From Opitutales bacterium (GTDB taxonomy: Bacteria; Verrucomicrobiota; Verrucomicrobiia; Opitutales; Coraliomargaritaceae), in assembly GCA_049598495.1 (NCBI GenBank), contig JBMYNR010000026.1, forward strand, positions 1 through 22,247: a stretch of DNA of 22,247 bases, read 5' to 3'. The translations under genes and the position numbers were made by a program. A model generated the notes under the pieces. It was not told where the DNA came from and did no database searches. It was given only the letters and a program-made list of their open reading frames with translations. The stretch's first letter is position 1. Each line of letters begins with the position of its first letter. Below are positions 1-11,712 of this stretch, piece by piece.

Positions 1-50
1 ACGGCTCGCGCCTTGCCAAAGCCAATTCTGGATCTCATGCAATAAGCGGG

Positions 51-935
51 CTAGACGTCGCAGATTTCAATCGCTTGACGCAGAGATGCGACCACATCTT
101 TTCGCTTCGGGATAAACTCCTGTGCCACCAATCCCCTGTAACCGGTTTCAAGGATTGCCCGCATAATGGCTGGGTAGAAAAGCTCCTGCGACTCATCGAT
201 CTCGGCGCGCCCGGGGACACCACCCGTGTGGTAGTGGCCAATGTATGGATGAAAGTCGCGGATGTGCTGAATAATATCCCCCTCCATGATCTGCATGTGG
301 TAGATATCATAGAGCAATTTAATCCGCTCGGAGCCGACACGCTTGCACATCTCCACACCCCACTCGGTGCGGTCGCAGGCGTAGTCCTTATGGTTTTTCC
401 GGCTATTCAGTAACTCCATGCAGATGGTTACGCCCGCTTTTTCCGCGATCGGAGCGATTCGCTTCAGCCCAGTCACACAATTCTCCAAAGATTCCTCGGA
501 AGACATTCCTTTCAAGTTACCGGAAAAGCAAATCGCATTCGGGCTGCCAGCATTAGCTACCTTCGGAAGGGCATCCCCAAAGAAGGCTACGATCTCGTCG
601 TGGTTCTCCACACGGTTCAGGCCATTACGGATACCACCCGGCACACCGGCCGTAATGCCGGAGATAAGGCCATATTTCTTGAGCAGGGGAAAATCCTTCA
701 GCGCTACCAGATCGATCGCTTCGATGCCCATATCGCGCGAAACACGACAGAGCTCTTCGAGCGGCACCGTCTTTTTGTAGCACCAGGCACAGACCGAGTG
801 CCGGATATTACCCTTCAGTTTGGATTCCTTCGGAGCCGCTGAAAGGCTGGGGCTTACTGCCGTGGCGGCGGCAATCGTTGCAGTGCCCTGGGCAATACGT
901 TTCAGGGCGGAGCGGCGGGGTATTTTTTCGAGCAT
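51..935 (-). CDS. Hydroxypyruvate isomerase / xylose-isomerase-like TIM-barrel protein with Tat signal peptide
   Basis: Family motifs ICMELLNS, LLYDIYHMQIMEGD, HYHTGGVPGR, QEFIP. N-terminal twin-arginine RRSALK followed by an Ala-rich stretch. Start taken at ATG 935; the ORF extends to 950. Confidence 0.88.
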   Translation of the reverse strand: MLEKIPRRSALKRIAQGTATIAAATAVSPSLSAAPKESKLKGNIRHSVCAWCYKKTVPLEELCRVSRDMGIEAIDLVALKDFPLLKKYGLISGITAGVPGGIRNGLNRVENHDEIVAFFGDALPKVANAGSPNAICFSGNLKGMSSEESLENCVTGLKRIAPIAEKAGVTICMELLNSRKNHKDYACDRTEWGVEMCKRVGSERIKLLYDIYHMQIMEGDIIQHIRDFHPYIGHYHTGGVPGRAEIDESQELFYPAIMRAILETGYRGLVAQEFIPKRKDVVASLRQAIEICDV

Positions 936-1013
936 AAATTTAGAGCACATTGCATTTAGGACATGTTAGATGAATGCAGGTAGTGTAACGGAGAATCGTG
1001 TCGAGCGGAAAGC

Positions 1014-1745
1014 CTATTTCTGAACCACCCAGAAACGACAGTCGTCTGAAAACTGAAGGACTTCCATCGATTCATTAGCAAGCTCGCTACGCATGGCCGT
1101 AGCTTCCAGGCGAAAGCCCACCTTTTCTATGACTGTCTTCAACTCGTCCACGGTTGGAACATGCATAAAGTGGACCCCCGTAGCGGAGACTTCAGTGCGG
1201 TCACCAAAATCATCCAACTCAGATTTTTGCGTCCCGTATTCCCAACGTAGTGCTTCCGCCCTCCAAAAATCGCGATGTGGCGAGCGCTCCCGATCATGCG
1301 AGGTGAAGACAAACCAAGCACCCCGGCGGAGCACACGGTAAATTTCCGACAAAGCCTGCTCGCGCCCCCCTGCCCCAGGAATCTGCATCAAGCCATTAAA
1401 CCCAAAGATGGCACCATCGAAGACATCGGCTTCAAACTCAAGCCTAGTGGCGTCGCAGACTCGAAATGGAATTCGATATTCCAGCGTATCCGAGAGTTGC
1501 CTCGCACGTTTCACCATGGTTCTGGAATAATCTGTCGCCAGCAGATTTTGGTAGCCCAACTCATGGAGACCGAAAGCGATTCGACCTGCACCGCAGCCCA
1601 GCTCGAGTAGCGAGTCGCCACGCCCAAAGAGCTTGGAAAAGACCCTCTCCTCCGACGCCCAGAGGCCCAACTCCGCCGCGGCCTTGGCGTAAATATCCAC
1701 CACCGGGTCGGAATCAAAATAGGCCTTCACCGTCTTCTTATCCAT
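1014..1745 (-). CDS. Class I SAM-dependent methyltransferase
   Basis: Motif [10 protein letters not shown], plus CDAT..L.F....FD and EIYRVLRRG. Likely ATG at 1745; the ORF extends to 1796. Confidence 0.85.
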   Translation of the reverse strand: MDKKTVKAYFDSDPVVDIYAKAAAELGLWASEERVFSKLFGRGDSLLELGCGAGRIAFGLHELGYQNLLATDYSRTMVKRARQLSDTLEYRIPFRVCDATRLEFEADVFDGAIFGFNGLMQIPGAGGREQALSEIYRVLRRGAWFVFTSHDRERSPHRDFWRAEALRWEYGTQKSELDDFGDRTEVSATGVHFMHVPTVDELKTVIEKVGFRLEATAMRSELANESMEVLQFSDDCRFWVVQK

Positions 1746-1889
1746 AAACTGCCAGTGAACCGAGCTAAGAATAGCTGGCAAACGGAAACCCTCCAAAATG
1801 AATATCTAGGCACAACACTCTTCAGACTTGAGTATGTCGACGGGCTTGCCAGACGGCCTAACCAAGCCCTATCGCCCGCCACCTCATCC

Positions 1890-2333
1890 CTATGAGTCAT
1901 CCCCGAGAGCGAAATTAACGGCCTGAATACCGGCAAAAGAGCAGGCGTCCATCACTTTAACAATTTGCGTATGTGGCACGGACTCGGCGGGCGAGATGGT
2001 AACAATCGCTTCGACTTTATTTGCGGTGCTGGCTTCACGAAAGCGGGTCAGCATAACGGCCAGTTCCCGGTAGCAAGCGTCAGTCGGCTTGTCATAAGGA
2101 TAATCGTTGACCACAACCTGCCCATCGTCGCGAATCTCAATGATTTGCTCATCGGGTAGATCGAGTGGTTCTTCCTGTTCAACAGAACCGGGCAGTTGAA
2201 ATGAAAGGTCCGCCTCCTGCTGCTTAAGAGTCGACGATACCATGAAATAAATGAGCAGAAGAAAAACGACATCGATCATCGGTGCGATGGGCACACCGGG
2301 TTTCTCATCGGGTTTCTTTCTGTATTTGGCCAA
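1890..2333 (-). CDS. exbD: Biopolymer transport protein ExbD/TolR family
   Basis: PMIDVVFLLLIYFMV transmembrane motif with the conserved Asp; C-terminal IVKVMDAC..AGI..V. TTG start. Confidence 0.9.
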   Translation of the reverse strand: MAKYRKKPDEKPGVPIAPMIDVVFLLLIYFMVSSTLKQQEADLSFQLPGSVEQEEPLDLPDEQIIEIRDDGQVVVNDYPYDKPTDACYRELAVMLTRFREASTANKVEAIVTISPAESVPHTQIVKVMDACSFAGIQAVNFALGDDS

Positions 2334-2364
2334 TGTGGTTAGGATTTAGAAGATGGAAGGCCAC

Positions 2365-2784
2365 TTAACGCATCTGATAGGTGGCGTAGATGACTTCGTA
2401 GGCACCGACATCGGCGCAGGCTTTGAGCACTTTCTTAATCTCGCCATAGGGAGTATCCTGATCGGCCCGCAAATGGATACGCAGGTCCGGATTCTCACTG
2501 AGGGCGGTCTTCATCGCCGCCTGCATCTGCTCGAGGCTGACCGGACGAGTGCCGAGATAAAGCCCCCCACCGGCATCGACCGAGATGGTACCGCGATCGG
2601 ATAGTTCGCTGGCCTCCGGCACATCACTCTCAGCGGACTCGGGTAGATCAACTTCTTTGGCGCGCTCCGCTTGCGCCAGAGTGCTCACCGTCATAAAGAA
2701 CACCAGTAGCAGAAAAACCATGTCAATCATCGGAGTCATCGGAAAGTCCTCCTCAGGCGACTGCTTGAATTTACGGCGGGCCAT
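2365..2784 (-). CDS. exbD: Biopolymer transport protein ExbD/TolR family
   Basis: MTPMIDMVFLLLVFFM, VDLP, LRADQDTPYG motifs. Confidence 0.92.
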   Translation of the reverse strand: MARRKFKQSPEEDFPMTPMIDMVFLLLVFFMTVSTLAQAERAKEVDLPESAESDVPEASELSDRGTISVDAGGGLYLGTRPVSLEQMQAAMKTALSENPDLRIHLRADQDTPYGEIKKVLKACADVGAYEVIYATYQMR

Positions 2785-2871
2785 TAAAACTAGAAGATAA
2801 AATTGAAGGAGAAAAGTCAGCTATTTTTTGCTCTGCTAAAGGGCCCTTACGCTCGTAGACATAATGAATTA

Positions 2872-3177
2872 TACCGTTTTGAATAAGGTTTGGCCGGGTC
2901 GGGCGGTTTCGCCGTTCAGAGTCCCGCTAAGCGGGACGACACAACCGGGCGTGATGCGAACCGGAACAACCGCCGTTCGCCAGTTGGTGACGTCGGTCAA
3001 TCCACATAATATGGACATACGGTATCGATTGCCGAACGGCGCGTGGTCCGATTCCGACCGCCTACGCTACCCCCTCCGCCGCAGGCTACGGCAGACATGT
3101 CGGATCGGTCATGTCGCCAGTTCGGAACGGCGAGCACGCCCTACCTAGCATCGGGAAATACCTTTTTCGAAACGGTA
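2872..3177. mobile_element. Putative MITE / REPIN-like non-autonomous element (306 bp)
   Basis: Left end TACCGTTTTGAATAAGGT (2872-2889) matches the reverse complement of the right end, TACCGTTTCGAAAAAGGT (3160-3177), at 16/18. TTA flanks both sides (2869-2871, 3178-3180). Subterminal inverted repeat 2897-2920 / 3122-3145 matches 19/24. Internal hairpins; no transposase. Confidence 0.65.
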
Positions 3178-3363
3178 TTATCCTAGAGCCGAATGCCAGT
3201 TTTTGAAACGACGTGTCGGTATTAGGAAATCCGTCTCATCTATATGAGGAATGGATAGACAACCAATTGTAGAGAATTGCGAGCGCGTAACCGTCTCAAG
3301 ATTCGACACTACGATACGGCAGCTACGCTTGTCACCGACTCCCTAACAGTATGTAGAATAAAT

Positions 3364-3399
3364 GAAGTGACGCGTCGTGACTATACGCTTCCTCACTTC
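3364..3399 (-). terminator. Possible terminator hairpin downstream of sdhB
   Basis: GAAGTGA (3364-3370) / TCACTTC (3393-3399) with inner GCGT/ACGC, just downstream of the sdhB stop. The U tract on the minus strand is weak (ATTTATTCT). Confidence 0.35.
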
Positions 3400-3417
3400 T
3401 GATAGCACATCGAAAAA

Positions 3418-4191
3418 TTAGGCGACTGGCTTAAAAATGCTCTTTACCTGAGTTGCGACGTAATCGCGATTGAGTTGGGCAATCATATCGAGAGAGATCT
3501 CTTTCGGGCAAGCTGCCTCACACTCGCCAATATTGGTGCATCCGCCAAAGCCCTCACTGTCCATGGTCCTCACCATAGCAAGCGTTCGTCGGTCCTTCTC
3601 AGCAGCACCTTGCGGAAGGCTGTTCATATGGGAGACCTTCGCGCCGGTAAAGAGCATGGCCGATGCATTCGGACAAGCTGCTACGCAGGCACCACAACCG
3701 ATACAGGCCGCCGCATCCATTGCGTAATCGGCTATGTTTTTGGGGATTGGAAGCGCGTTGGCGTCCACCGCGCTTCCCGCTCGTGCGGTGATAAAACCGC
3801 CTGCTTGGATAATACGATCGAGCGGGGAACGATCAACAATGAGATCCTTCATGACCGGGAAGGGCTTGGCGCGCCATGGCTCAATGGTAATCGTCTGACC
3901 ATCGCGAAAGTGACGCATATGCAGTTGGCAAGCCGTCGTCGCACGCTCAGGACCGTGCGGGATACCATTGATAGTCATCGAGCACATACCGCAGATGCCC
4001 TCGCGACAGTCATGGTCGAAAGCGACGGGTTCCTTACCCTGCTCCACCAGATCTTCGGAGAGGATGTCGAGCATCTCGAGAAAGGAGGAATCCTCGGAAA
4101 CGTCCTTGACCTCATAGGTTTCAAACGCGCCCGGGGTGTCGGCGTTTTTCTGGCGCCAGACTTTCAGAGTGAGATTCATTGTCTTTTCCAT
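3418..4191 (-). CDS. sdhB: Succinate dehydrogenase/fumarate reductase iron-sulfur subunit
   Basis: Fe-S motifs [34 protein letters not shown]; downstream of sdhA. Alternative start at 4179. Confidence 0.97.
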   Translation of the reverse strand: MEKTMNLTLKVWRQKNADTPGAFETYEVKDVSEDSSFLEMLDILSEDLVEQGKEPVAFDHDCREGICGMCSMTINGIPHGPERATTACQLHMRHFRDGQTITIEPWRAKPFPVMKDLIVDRSPLDRIIQAGGFITARAGSAVDANALPIPKNIADYAMDAAACIGCGACVAACPNASAMLFTGAKVSHMNSLPQGAAEKDRRTLAMVRTMDSEGFGGCTNIGECEAACPKEISLDMIAQLNRDYVATQVKSIFKPVA

Positions 4192-4208
4192 CGTGCGTAT
4201 AACCTAGT

Positions 4209-6152
4209 TTATTTGTAACTACGGGTGGCGAGCTTCACATTCTCGTAGACGAGCGGCTCTTTGTGCAATTCCGGGGCAGTATTGTCACCCTGATATTCCC
4301 AGACGCCGACAAAAGTGAAATTCTCGTCATCACGAAGGGCCTCACCGTCGTCAGTCTGGTGCTCAATACGGAAGTGACCGCCGCAGGACTCCTCTCGCAT
4401 GAGGGCATCGCGGCACATCAGCTCACCGAATTCAAGGAAGTCTGCCACACGACCGGCACGCTCAAGTTCGGGGTTGATCCCATCAGCGCCGCCGACCACA
4501 CGGACATTTTCCCAGAACTCCTTTCGGAGCTTCTGCACCTGCTCAATCGCGCCCTCGAGACCTTCCTTGGAACGAGCCATGCCACAGTATTCCCAGATAA
4601 TGTGACCAAGGCGTTTGTGGAAGGATCGCGGGGTCTCCGTCCCGTTGATCGAGAGAAGCTTATCGATGCGAGCCTTCACATCGCTCTCAACTTCTTCGAA
4701 GGCCGGATGATCAGTCGTAACCTTGCCGGCAGCGGCCACGCCCTGCTCACCGAGGTAATTGCCAACGGTGTAGGGTAGGACGAAGTATCCGTCTGAAAGC
4801 CCCTGCATAAGCGCCGAAGCTCCAAGGCGATTTGCACCATGGTCAGAGAAATTGGCCTCCCCGCCCACGAACATACCCGGGATTGTCGACTCGAGATTGT
4901 AGTCCACCCAGAGGCCACCCATGGTATAGTGGACCGCAGGAAAAATCATCATCGGTGTCTCATACGGGTTGTCGCCGGTGATGCACTGATACATGTCGAA
5001 GAGATTACCGTAGCGTTCCTCAATCGCATTCTTACCATCGCGCTTGATGGAATCGCGGAAATCAAGAAACACACCTAGGCCCGTGGTCGCCACACCGCGG
5101 CCCTCATCACAGGCTTCCTTCGCCGCGCGGGACGAAATATCACGCGGTGCGAGATTACCGAAGCTCGGGTATTTACGCTCGAGATAGTAATCACGATCGT
5201 CCTCAGCAACATCGTTCGGGTGAATTTTTCCCTCCCGAATCTGCTTGGCCACATCGGCATGCTTGGGTGCCCAGATGCGTCCGTCATTGCGGAGCGACTC
5301 AGACATGAGTGTGAGCTTGGACTGTTTATCCCCATGAACGGGGATACAGGTCGGGTGAATTTGCGTGTAGCAGGGGTTGGCAAAACCAGCGCCGCGCTTG
5401 TGCGCACGGTAAGCAGCCGTCACATTACAGCCCTGAGCGTTGGTGGAGAGGAAGAAAACATTGCCGTATCCACCGGTAGCCAGCACGACGGCATCACCCG
5501 CATGGCGGCAGATCTCACCGGTTGCCATGTTTCGGACGATGATGCCCTTGGCGTGGCCGTCGACCTTGACCACATCGAGCATCTCGTGGCGGTTATACAT
5601 CTTCACTTTACCCAAGCCAATCTGCTTACTAAGAGCGGCGTAGGCACCAAGCAGAAGTTGCTGTCCCGTTTGACCACGTGCGTAGAAGGTGCGGGAAACC
5701 TGCGCTCCACCGAAGGAACGGTTGGCGAGAAGACCGCCATACTCCCGAGCGAACGGCACGCCGTTAGCCACGCATTGGTCAATAATATCCGCGCTCACTT
5801 CGGCGAGACGATATACATTGGCTTCGCGGGCACGATAGTCGCCGCCTTTAACCGTGTCGTAAAAAAGTCTTTGCACACTATCACCGTCGTTTTGGTAATT
5901 TTTCGCGGCATTAATGCCCCCCTGCGCGGCAATACTGTGCGCACGGCGCGGGCTGTCTTGATAACAGAAGCAAGACACATTGTAACCCTGCTCAGCAAGA
6001 CTTGCAGCAGCAGCTCCACCGGCCAAACCCGAGCCGACAACAATGACATGATATTTACGACGGTTGGCCGGGTTGACCAACTTCATGTTAAACTTGTGGC
6101 TCGACCACTTCTTATCAAGCGGACCCTCCGGGATTTTAGAATCGAGATTCAT
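4209..6152 (-). CDS. sdhA: Succinate dehydrogenase/fumarate reductase flavoprotein subunit
   Basis: GSGLAG FAD motif, [10 protein letters not shown] covalent-FAD His, [31 protein letters not shown]. Confidence 0.98.
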   Translation of the reverse strand: MNLDSKIPEGPLDKKWSSHKFNMKLVNPANRRKYHVIVVGSGLAGGAAAASLAEQGYNVSCFCYQDSPRRAHSIAAQGGINAAKNYQNDGDSVQRLFYDTVKGGDYRAREANVYRLAEVSADIIDQCVANGVPFAREYGGLLANRSFGGAQVSRTFYARGQTGQQLLLGAYAALSKQIGLGKVKMYNRHEMLDVVKVDGHAKGIIVRNMATGEICRHAGDAVVLATGGYGNVFFLSTNAQGCNVTAAYRAHKRGAGFANPCYTQIHPTCIPVHGDKQSKLTLMSESLRNDGRIWAPKHADVAKQIREGKIHPNDVAEDDRDYYLERKYPSFGNLAPRDISSRAAKEACDEGRGVATTGLGVFLDFRDSIKRDGKNAIEERYGNLFDMYQCITGDNPYETPMMIFPAVHYTMGGLWVDYNLESTIPGMFVGGEANFSDHGANRLGASALMQGLSDGYFVLPYTVGNYLGEQGVAAAGKVTTDHPAFEEVESDVKARIDKLLSINGTETPRSFHKRLGHIIWEYCGMARSKEGLEGAIEQVQKLRKEFWENVRVVGGADGINPELERAGRVADFLEFGELMCRDALMREESCGGHFRIEHQTDDGEALRDDENFTFVGVWEYQGDNTAPELHKEPLVYENVKLATRSYK

Positions 6153-6163
6153 AGTGCTTCTCT

Positions 6164-6970
6164 CTATTTTTGAATAGTTTCTACGATCGTAACTGCCTCC
6201 GCACTCAATCCGCCTGTTGGGTCTTTCTTAAGTAGACCGGCAAGCACGACGACCGGAATGATCGCGAAGCCCAGAAAAACGATCCAGCCGTAGGCCAAAG
6301 CAAATTTATCGAGACGCTCACGCCACATCTTGTTACGTAGCCCTATGCTTTGAAACATACTACTAACACCATGCGTCAGGTGCATACAAAGGAGGCCGGT
6401 GGCAATGATATAGAAAGCAGATACCCACCAGACTTGGAAACCGTCGATCATCATGTCATGCACATTGAATGTCGGCACCTGTTTACCATTCTTCAACACA
6501 GCTTCGCCATGCTTTACCAACGGCACCTCGGTCGGTGTGATCACGCCCGGCTCCTCGTATTGCATACCGGGCACGCTGCGAACGGTGAAGTGGGCAATGT
6601 GGAAGATTATAAAGGCAAGCAGGATAATGCCACTCATCCGCATGGTCCGAGAGGAGTAACTCGCCTGAATCGGCTTGTCATTATCGTAGCGCTCGGGTCG
6701 CGCCTTGCGGTTATCGATGGTCAGTGTCACAGCCGTCCAAATATGGACCGCAATGGTCGCAAGCAGGAAAAGACGGATCGCCCAGAGCGCAAGCGAAGGT
6801 AATTGGTGGTGAAGCTTATAGGCGTAAGCGTTAATCACCTCGGCACCAAGAAAGATCTGCAAATTGCCGAGCATGTGCCCCATCACAAAGAGCACGAGCA
6901 CGAGACCGGTCAGTGCCATCAGGACTTTGCGCCCGATCGTCGATTGAACAAAATTACGTAGTGCACCCAT
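6164..6970 (-). CDS. sdhC: Succinate dehydrogenase cytochrome b subunit (single large membrane anchor)
   Basis: About five hydrophobic helices with His ligands (GHMLGN, AVHI, FHIAHF, MHLTHG..SMFQSIG); first gene of sdhCAB. Confidence 0.93.
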   Translation of the reverse strand: MGALRNFVQSTIGRKVLMALTGLVLVLFVMGHMLGNLQIFLGAEVINAYAYKLHHQLPSLALWAIRLFLLATIAVHIWTAVTLTIDNRKARPERYDNDKPIQASYSSRTMRMSGIILLAFIIFHIAHFTVRSVPGMQYEEPGVITPTEVPLVKHGEAVLKNGKQVPTFNVHDMMIDGFQVWWVSAFYIIATGLLCMHLTHGVSSMFQSIGLRNKMWRERLDKFALAYGWIVFLGFAIIPVVVLAGLLKKDPTGGLSAEAVTIVETIQK

Positions 6971-7224
6971 ATTATTTATTTCGTTAAACTACAATAACAC
7001 TAAATCCTATTGACGTGCTCAGCCTTTTCAAACCTCGACCCAAATACAAACCATCTATTAGCTGTAGAGATCGCGCGCATTAGATTGGCTTTAGAAATAA
7101 GCCTAACGGATCCATCCGCTTTCAGCTTAAAGCAACGCCACCCTGTTGTTACCATGACTTTAAGCTCTAATAAGCCACTATTCCTGTATTAGTTTTTATT
7201 ATTCAACAATTTCTTTCGCTCTGA

Positions 7225-8931
<1,707 letters not shown>

Positions 8932-8981
8932 TGACGCCGTCGGCGAGTCCGACACCTGCAATGCTTTGTTTGCAAGCATAC

Positions 8982-10271
8982 CTAGCGACCCGCCTCGCTC
9001 GTGTCGTGTTTGAGGACCGCTTGCGCAACAAGGCGCGATGCCGCCTCACGCAAATTCTCCTCCGGCAAGGCCCCGCTCGAGAGGCGCGCACAATTCCATC
9101 CTTTACCATCCGGAAAACAAAGATCGCCAGGCACATAGAGGACCCCCTGATCGATGCAACCTTGGTAAAACGAGCTTTTCGCCCGTAGATCCAACTCCTC
9201 CGGCCCACGCAACCAGAGAATCAAGCCGCCCCTGGGTTCCGCCCATTGCCAACCCGCAGAGCGCAGCCCACCCTCCACCAGCGCACCATTGAGGATGGCT
9301 GCCTTGCGTTTGTAGTGCTTCTGTATGCCCGCAAGATGCTCTGAGTAGAGCCCCTCCTCCAGAACGCGTTCGATAATTGCCTGTGTGAAGTGGGCCGAAC
9401 CAAAATCCTGATGCCCCTTAATACAGAGAATCTTTGAGCGCCAGGCCTCATGGTTGCAGTAGCCAAAGCCGATCTTCAGACCGGTTGCAAAAGGCTTGGT
9501 GTAGGTGCCGAGATACAATTTCGGAAAGCCATCGAATTCAGGCATACTGATGATGGAGGGTGCTGGGTGCGGCCTGTCGAAATAGAGTTCACGGTAGGCA
9601 GCGTCCTCAATCACGGGAATAATAAAGCCGGCATCGTGTAGTATTTTCGATATGGCGCGTTTCTCTTCCACGCCAAGGGAACGACTACTCGGATTGCAAA
9701 AGTAGCTCACCAAATAGATCGCTTTGACTCTCGGACGTTCACCCGCCGCATCCAGCTCGGCAAGTTTCTCAGCGAAGCCCTCGGGGATGACGCCACCACT
9801 GTCATCACAAGGTATTCCGACTGGGCGCAGACCGAGCCCCTTCAACATTTCGAGGCAGACAAAATAACTCGGCTCTTCCACTAGGACGATATCGCCCGGG
9901 TCACATATTGCTTGTATCGCCAAATAGAGTGCTTGCTGCGATCCGTTGGTAATGAATAGATGCTGAGGATCAAAAACATCGGTCTTCTCATTCGGATGCA
10001 TGGCGATGACACCACAAGTCAACTCTCGCAGGCGAACCCGCCCTTTGTTCTGGCCATACTGAAGAGGCTCATCCCTCAAGCCATCCATGGTTAGCTCGGC
10101 AGCAAAACGCCCCACCAGTTCACGCGGCAATGCCACGTTATCCGTAAAGCCTGCGGCCAACGACAGCAAATCTGGGTTTGCCAGCGCCCGCGCCATGAGA
10201 TCCACGATCACCGGCGAGGCAATTTCGCGGCCCATGCGCGAGAAAGAGATAGAGGGTTCCGAAACTAACAT
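8982..10271 (-). CDS. PLP-dependent class I/II aminotransferase (LysN/2-aminoadipate transaminase-like)
   Basis: LQYG...G...LR, ITNGSQQAL, VEEPSY, NPS, IEDAAY, PLP-lysine GTYTKPFATGLKIG. No GntR domain. Confidence 0.9.
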   Translation of the reverse strand: MLVSEPSISFSRMGREIASPVIVDLMARALANPDLLSLAAGFTDNVALPRELVGRFAAELTMDGLRDEPLQYGQNKGRVRLRELTCGVIAMHPNEKTDVFDPQHLFITNGSQQALYLAIQAICDPGDIVLVEEPSYFVCLEMLKGLGLRPVGIPCDDSGGVIPEGFAEKLAELDAAGERPRVKAIYLVSYFCNPSSRSLGVEEKRAISKILHDAGFIIPVIEDAAYRELYFDRPHPAPSIISMPEFDGFPKLYLGTYTKPFATGLKIGFGYCNHEAWRSKILCIKGHQDFGSAHFTQAIIERVLEEGLYSEHLAGIQKHYKRKAAILNGALVEGGLRSAGWQWAEPRGGLILWLRGPEELDLRAKSSFYQGCIDQGVLYVPGDLCFPDGKGWNCARLSSGALPEENLREAASRLVAQAVLKHDTSEAGR

Positions 10272-10361
10272 AGTGAAATACCGGCGAATTGCATTTGCTC
10301 TCAGGGAAGAAGCATTGTTGAAACATGCAGACTGTCGCTATAGAACGTCCGTCTCAAGTAA

Positions 10362-11150
10362 ATGATTGCCCATGTTTCCATCCTTGTAGCTTCCAGCCTG
10401 TGCCTCGCATATGCCTGCTTGAATCTCTACGCGTTATTCTGGGCGAACTCATTGATTTTCCCAGTGCCTCAATCGAGCTACCGAGACGAGGATACGACCC
10501 TCAAGCTCAAGGACAATAAAGGGGAAACTATCTCTGCCTATTTTCTACCGGCAGAAGACTCGGAACGCCTTCTTCTCTACAGCCATGGAAACGGCGAGGA
10601 CATCGGAGACATTCGCCCCCTCATGGAACTCTTCCAACAAAGAGGCATCTCGGTACTCGCGTATGACTACCCAGGATACGGAACCAGTAGCGGAACGCCA
10701 TCTGAACAGGGCTGTTATGCAGCGGCAGATGCCGCCTTCGATTATGCTACAAATGAGCTGGGGTATTCCTCGAAACAGATCGTCCTCTACGGACGATCAC
10801 TGGGCGGTGGCCCTGCAACTTGGCTGGCGGAGCAGGCCTCATTCGCAGGCCTTATCCTAGACGGCACCTTCACCTCAACCTTCAGGGTTCTCACCGGAGT
10901 AAAACTCCTGGCCTGGGATCGCTTCGATAATTATGCACGCCTACCCAATATTGAAGCAGCGACCCTAATCCTGCACGGCACCGAAGACCGAACCGTTCCC
11001 ATCAGTCATGCACAGAAAAATTGGAAGGTTATAAATGAGCCTAAGGATCGCTTAATTGTGGAGGGTGCCCATCACGGGAATCTGATCGAAGTCGCGGGTG
11101 AGGCGTATTGGACGACCGTCATTCCTTTTATTAAGGGAGGGATTAAATGA
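10362..11150 (+). CDS. Alpha/beta hydrolase (ABHD17-like) with N-terminal membrane anchor
   Basis: SHGNGED, YDYPGYG.S.G.PSE, nucleophile GRSLGG, HGTEDRTVP, GAHH. Confidence 0.9.
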   Translation: MIAHVSILVASSLCLAYACLNLYALFWANSLIFPVPQSSYRDEDTTLKLKDNKGETISAYFLPAEDSERLLLYSHGNGEDIGDIRPLMELFQQRGISVLAYDYPGYGTSSGTPSEQGCYAAADAAFDYATNELGYSSKQIVLYGRSLGGGPATWLAEQASFAGLILDGTFTSTFRVLTGVKLLAWDRFDNYARLPNIEAATLILHGTEDRTVPISHAQKNWKVINEPKDRLIVEGAHHGNLIEVAGEAYWTTVIPFIKGGIK

Positions 11151-11701
11151 ATCCGCGTGCACTTGTCATCCTCCATCCCGGCGTCGAAGAAATGGAGGCC
11201 GTTGCCCCGATAGACCTATTATCGAGAGCAGGCGTCGAGGTTATTCAGGCAGCAGTCGGTTCGAATATAGAAGTCCTTGGTCGTAGTGGCATCAAACTTC
11301 TGGCCGACTCTCGACTACACGAGGTAATCGGGCAGGACTTTGATGCCATCATTCTTCCCGGCGGACCAGGGATTGGCGAGCTACGGCAAGATCCTGATAT
11401 CTGCGATCTTCTAAAGCACCAATACGAAAGCGGCCGCATCATCGCGTGCATCTGCGCGGCACCCCTTCTCTTAAGGGATGCCGGTCTCATCACAAAGCTT
11501 CCCGAATACACTTCCCACGCGTCGACAGAGGCAGAATTACCGGACCGCAATACACAGACTGTTGCCCTTTCGGGCAATGTTATCACTTCTCAGGGGGCCG
11601 GAACTGCCACCCGATTCTCGCTCAAGATCGTCGAACAGCTCTGCGGCCGATCAGAAGCGGATAAAATTGCTGCCGATATCGGCTACCCACATCTCATATA
11701 G
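11147..11701 (+). CDS. DJ-1/PfpI family protein (YajL/ThiJ-like)
   Basis: GVEEMEA, ILPGG.G, ICAAP (catalytic Cys), ITSQGAGT. ATGA overlap with the upstream gene. Confidence 0.92.
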   Translation: MNPRALVILHPGVEEMEAVAPIDLLSRAGVEVIQAAVGSNIEVLGRSGIKLLADSRLHEVIGQDFDAIILPGGPGIGELRQDPDICDLLKHQYESGRIIACICAAPLLLRDAGLITKLPEYTSHASTEAELPDRNTQTVALSGNVITSQGAGTATRFSLKIVEQLCGRSEADKIAADIGYPHLI

Positions 11702-11712
11702 CCCTCCTCCTC

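Noticed and set aside
2848..2858. 11-nt complementarity (TACGCTCGTAG) between the candidate sRNA (19220-19230) and the region upstream of exbD
   Set aside because: About one 11-mer match is expected by chance for a ~110-nt query against both strands of 22 kb.
2864..3148. 94-aa plus-strand ORF
   Set aside because: It coincides with the palindromic MITE-like element, is Arg/Pro-rich and shows no transposase or other motif, so it is probably spurious.
3475..6802. Long antisense ORFs (247, 171, 317 and 150 aa) opposite sdhCAB
   Set aside because: Shadow ORFs of codon-biased genes with no recognisable motifs.
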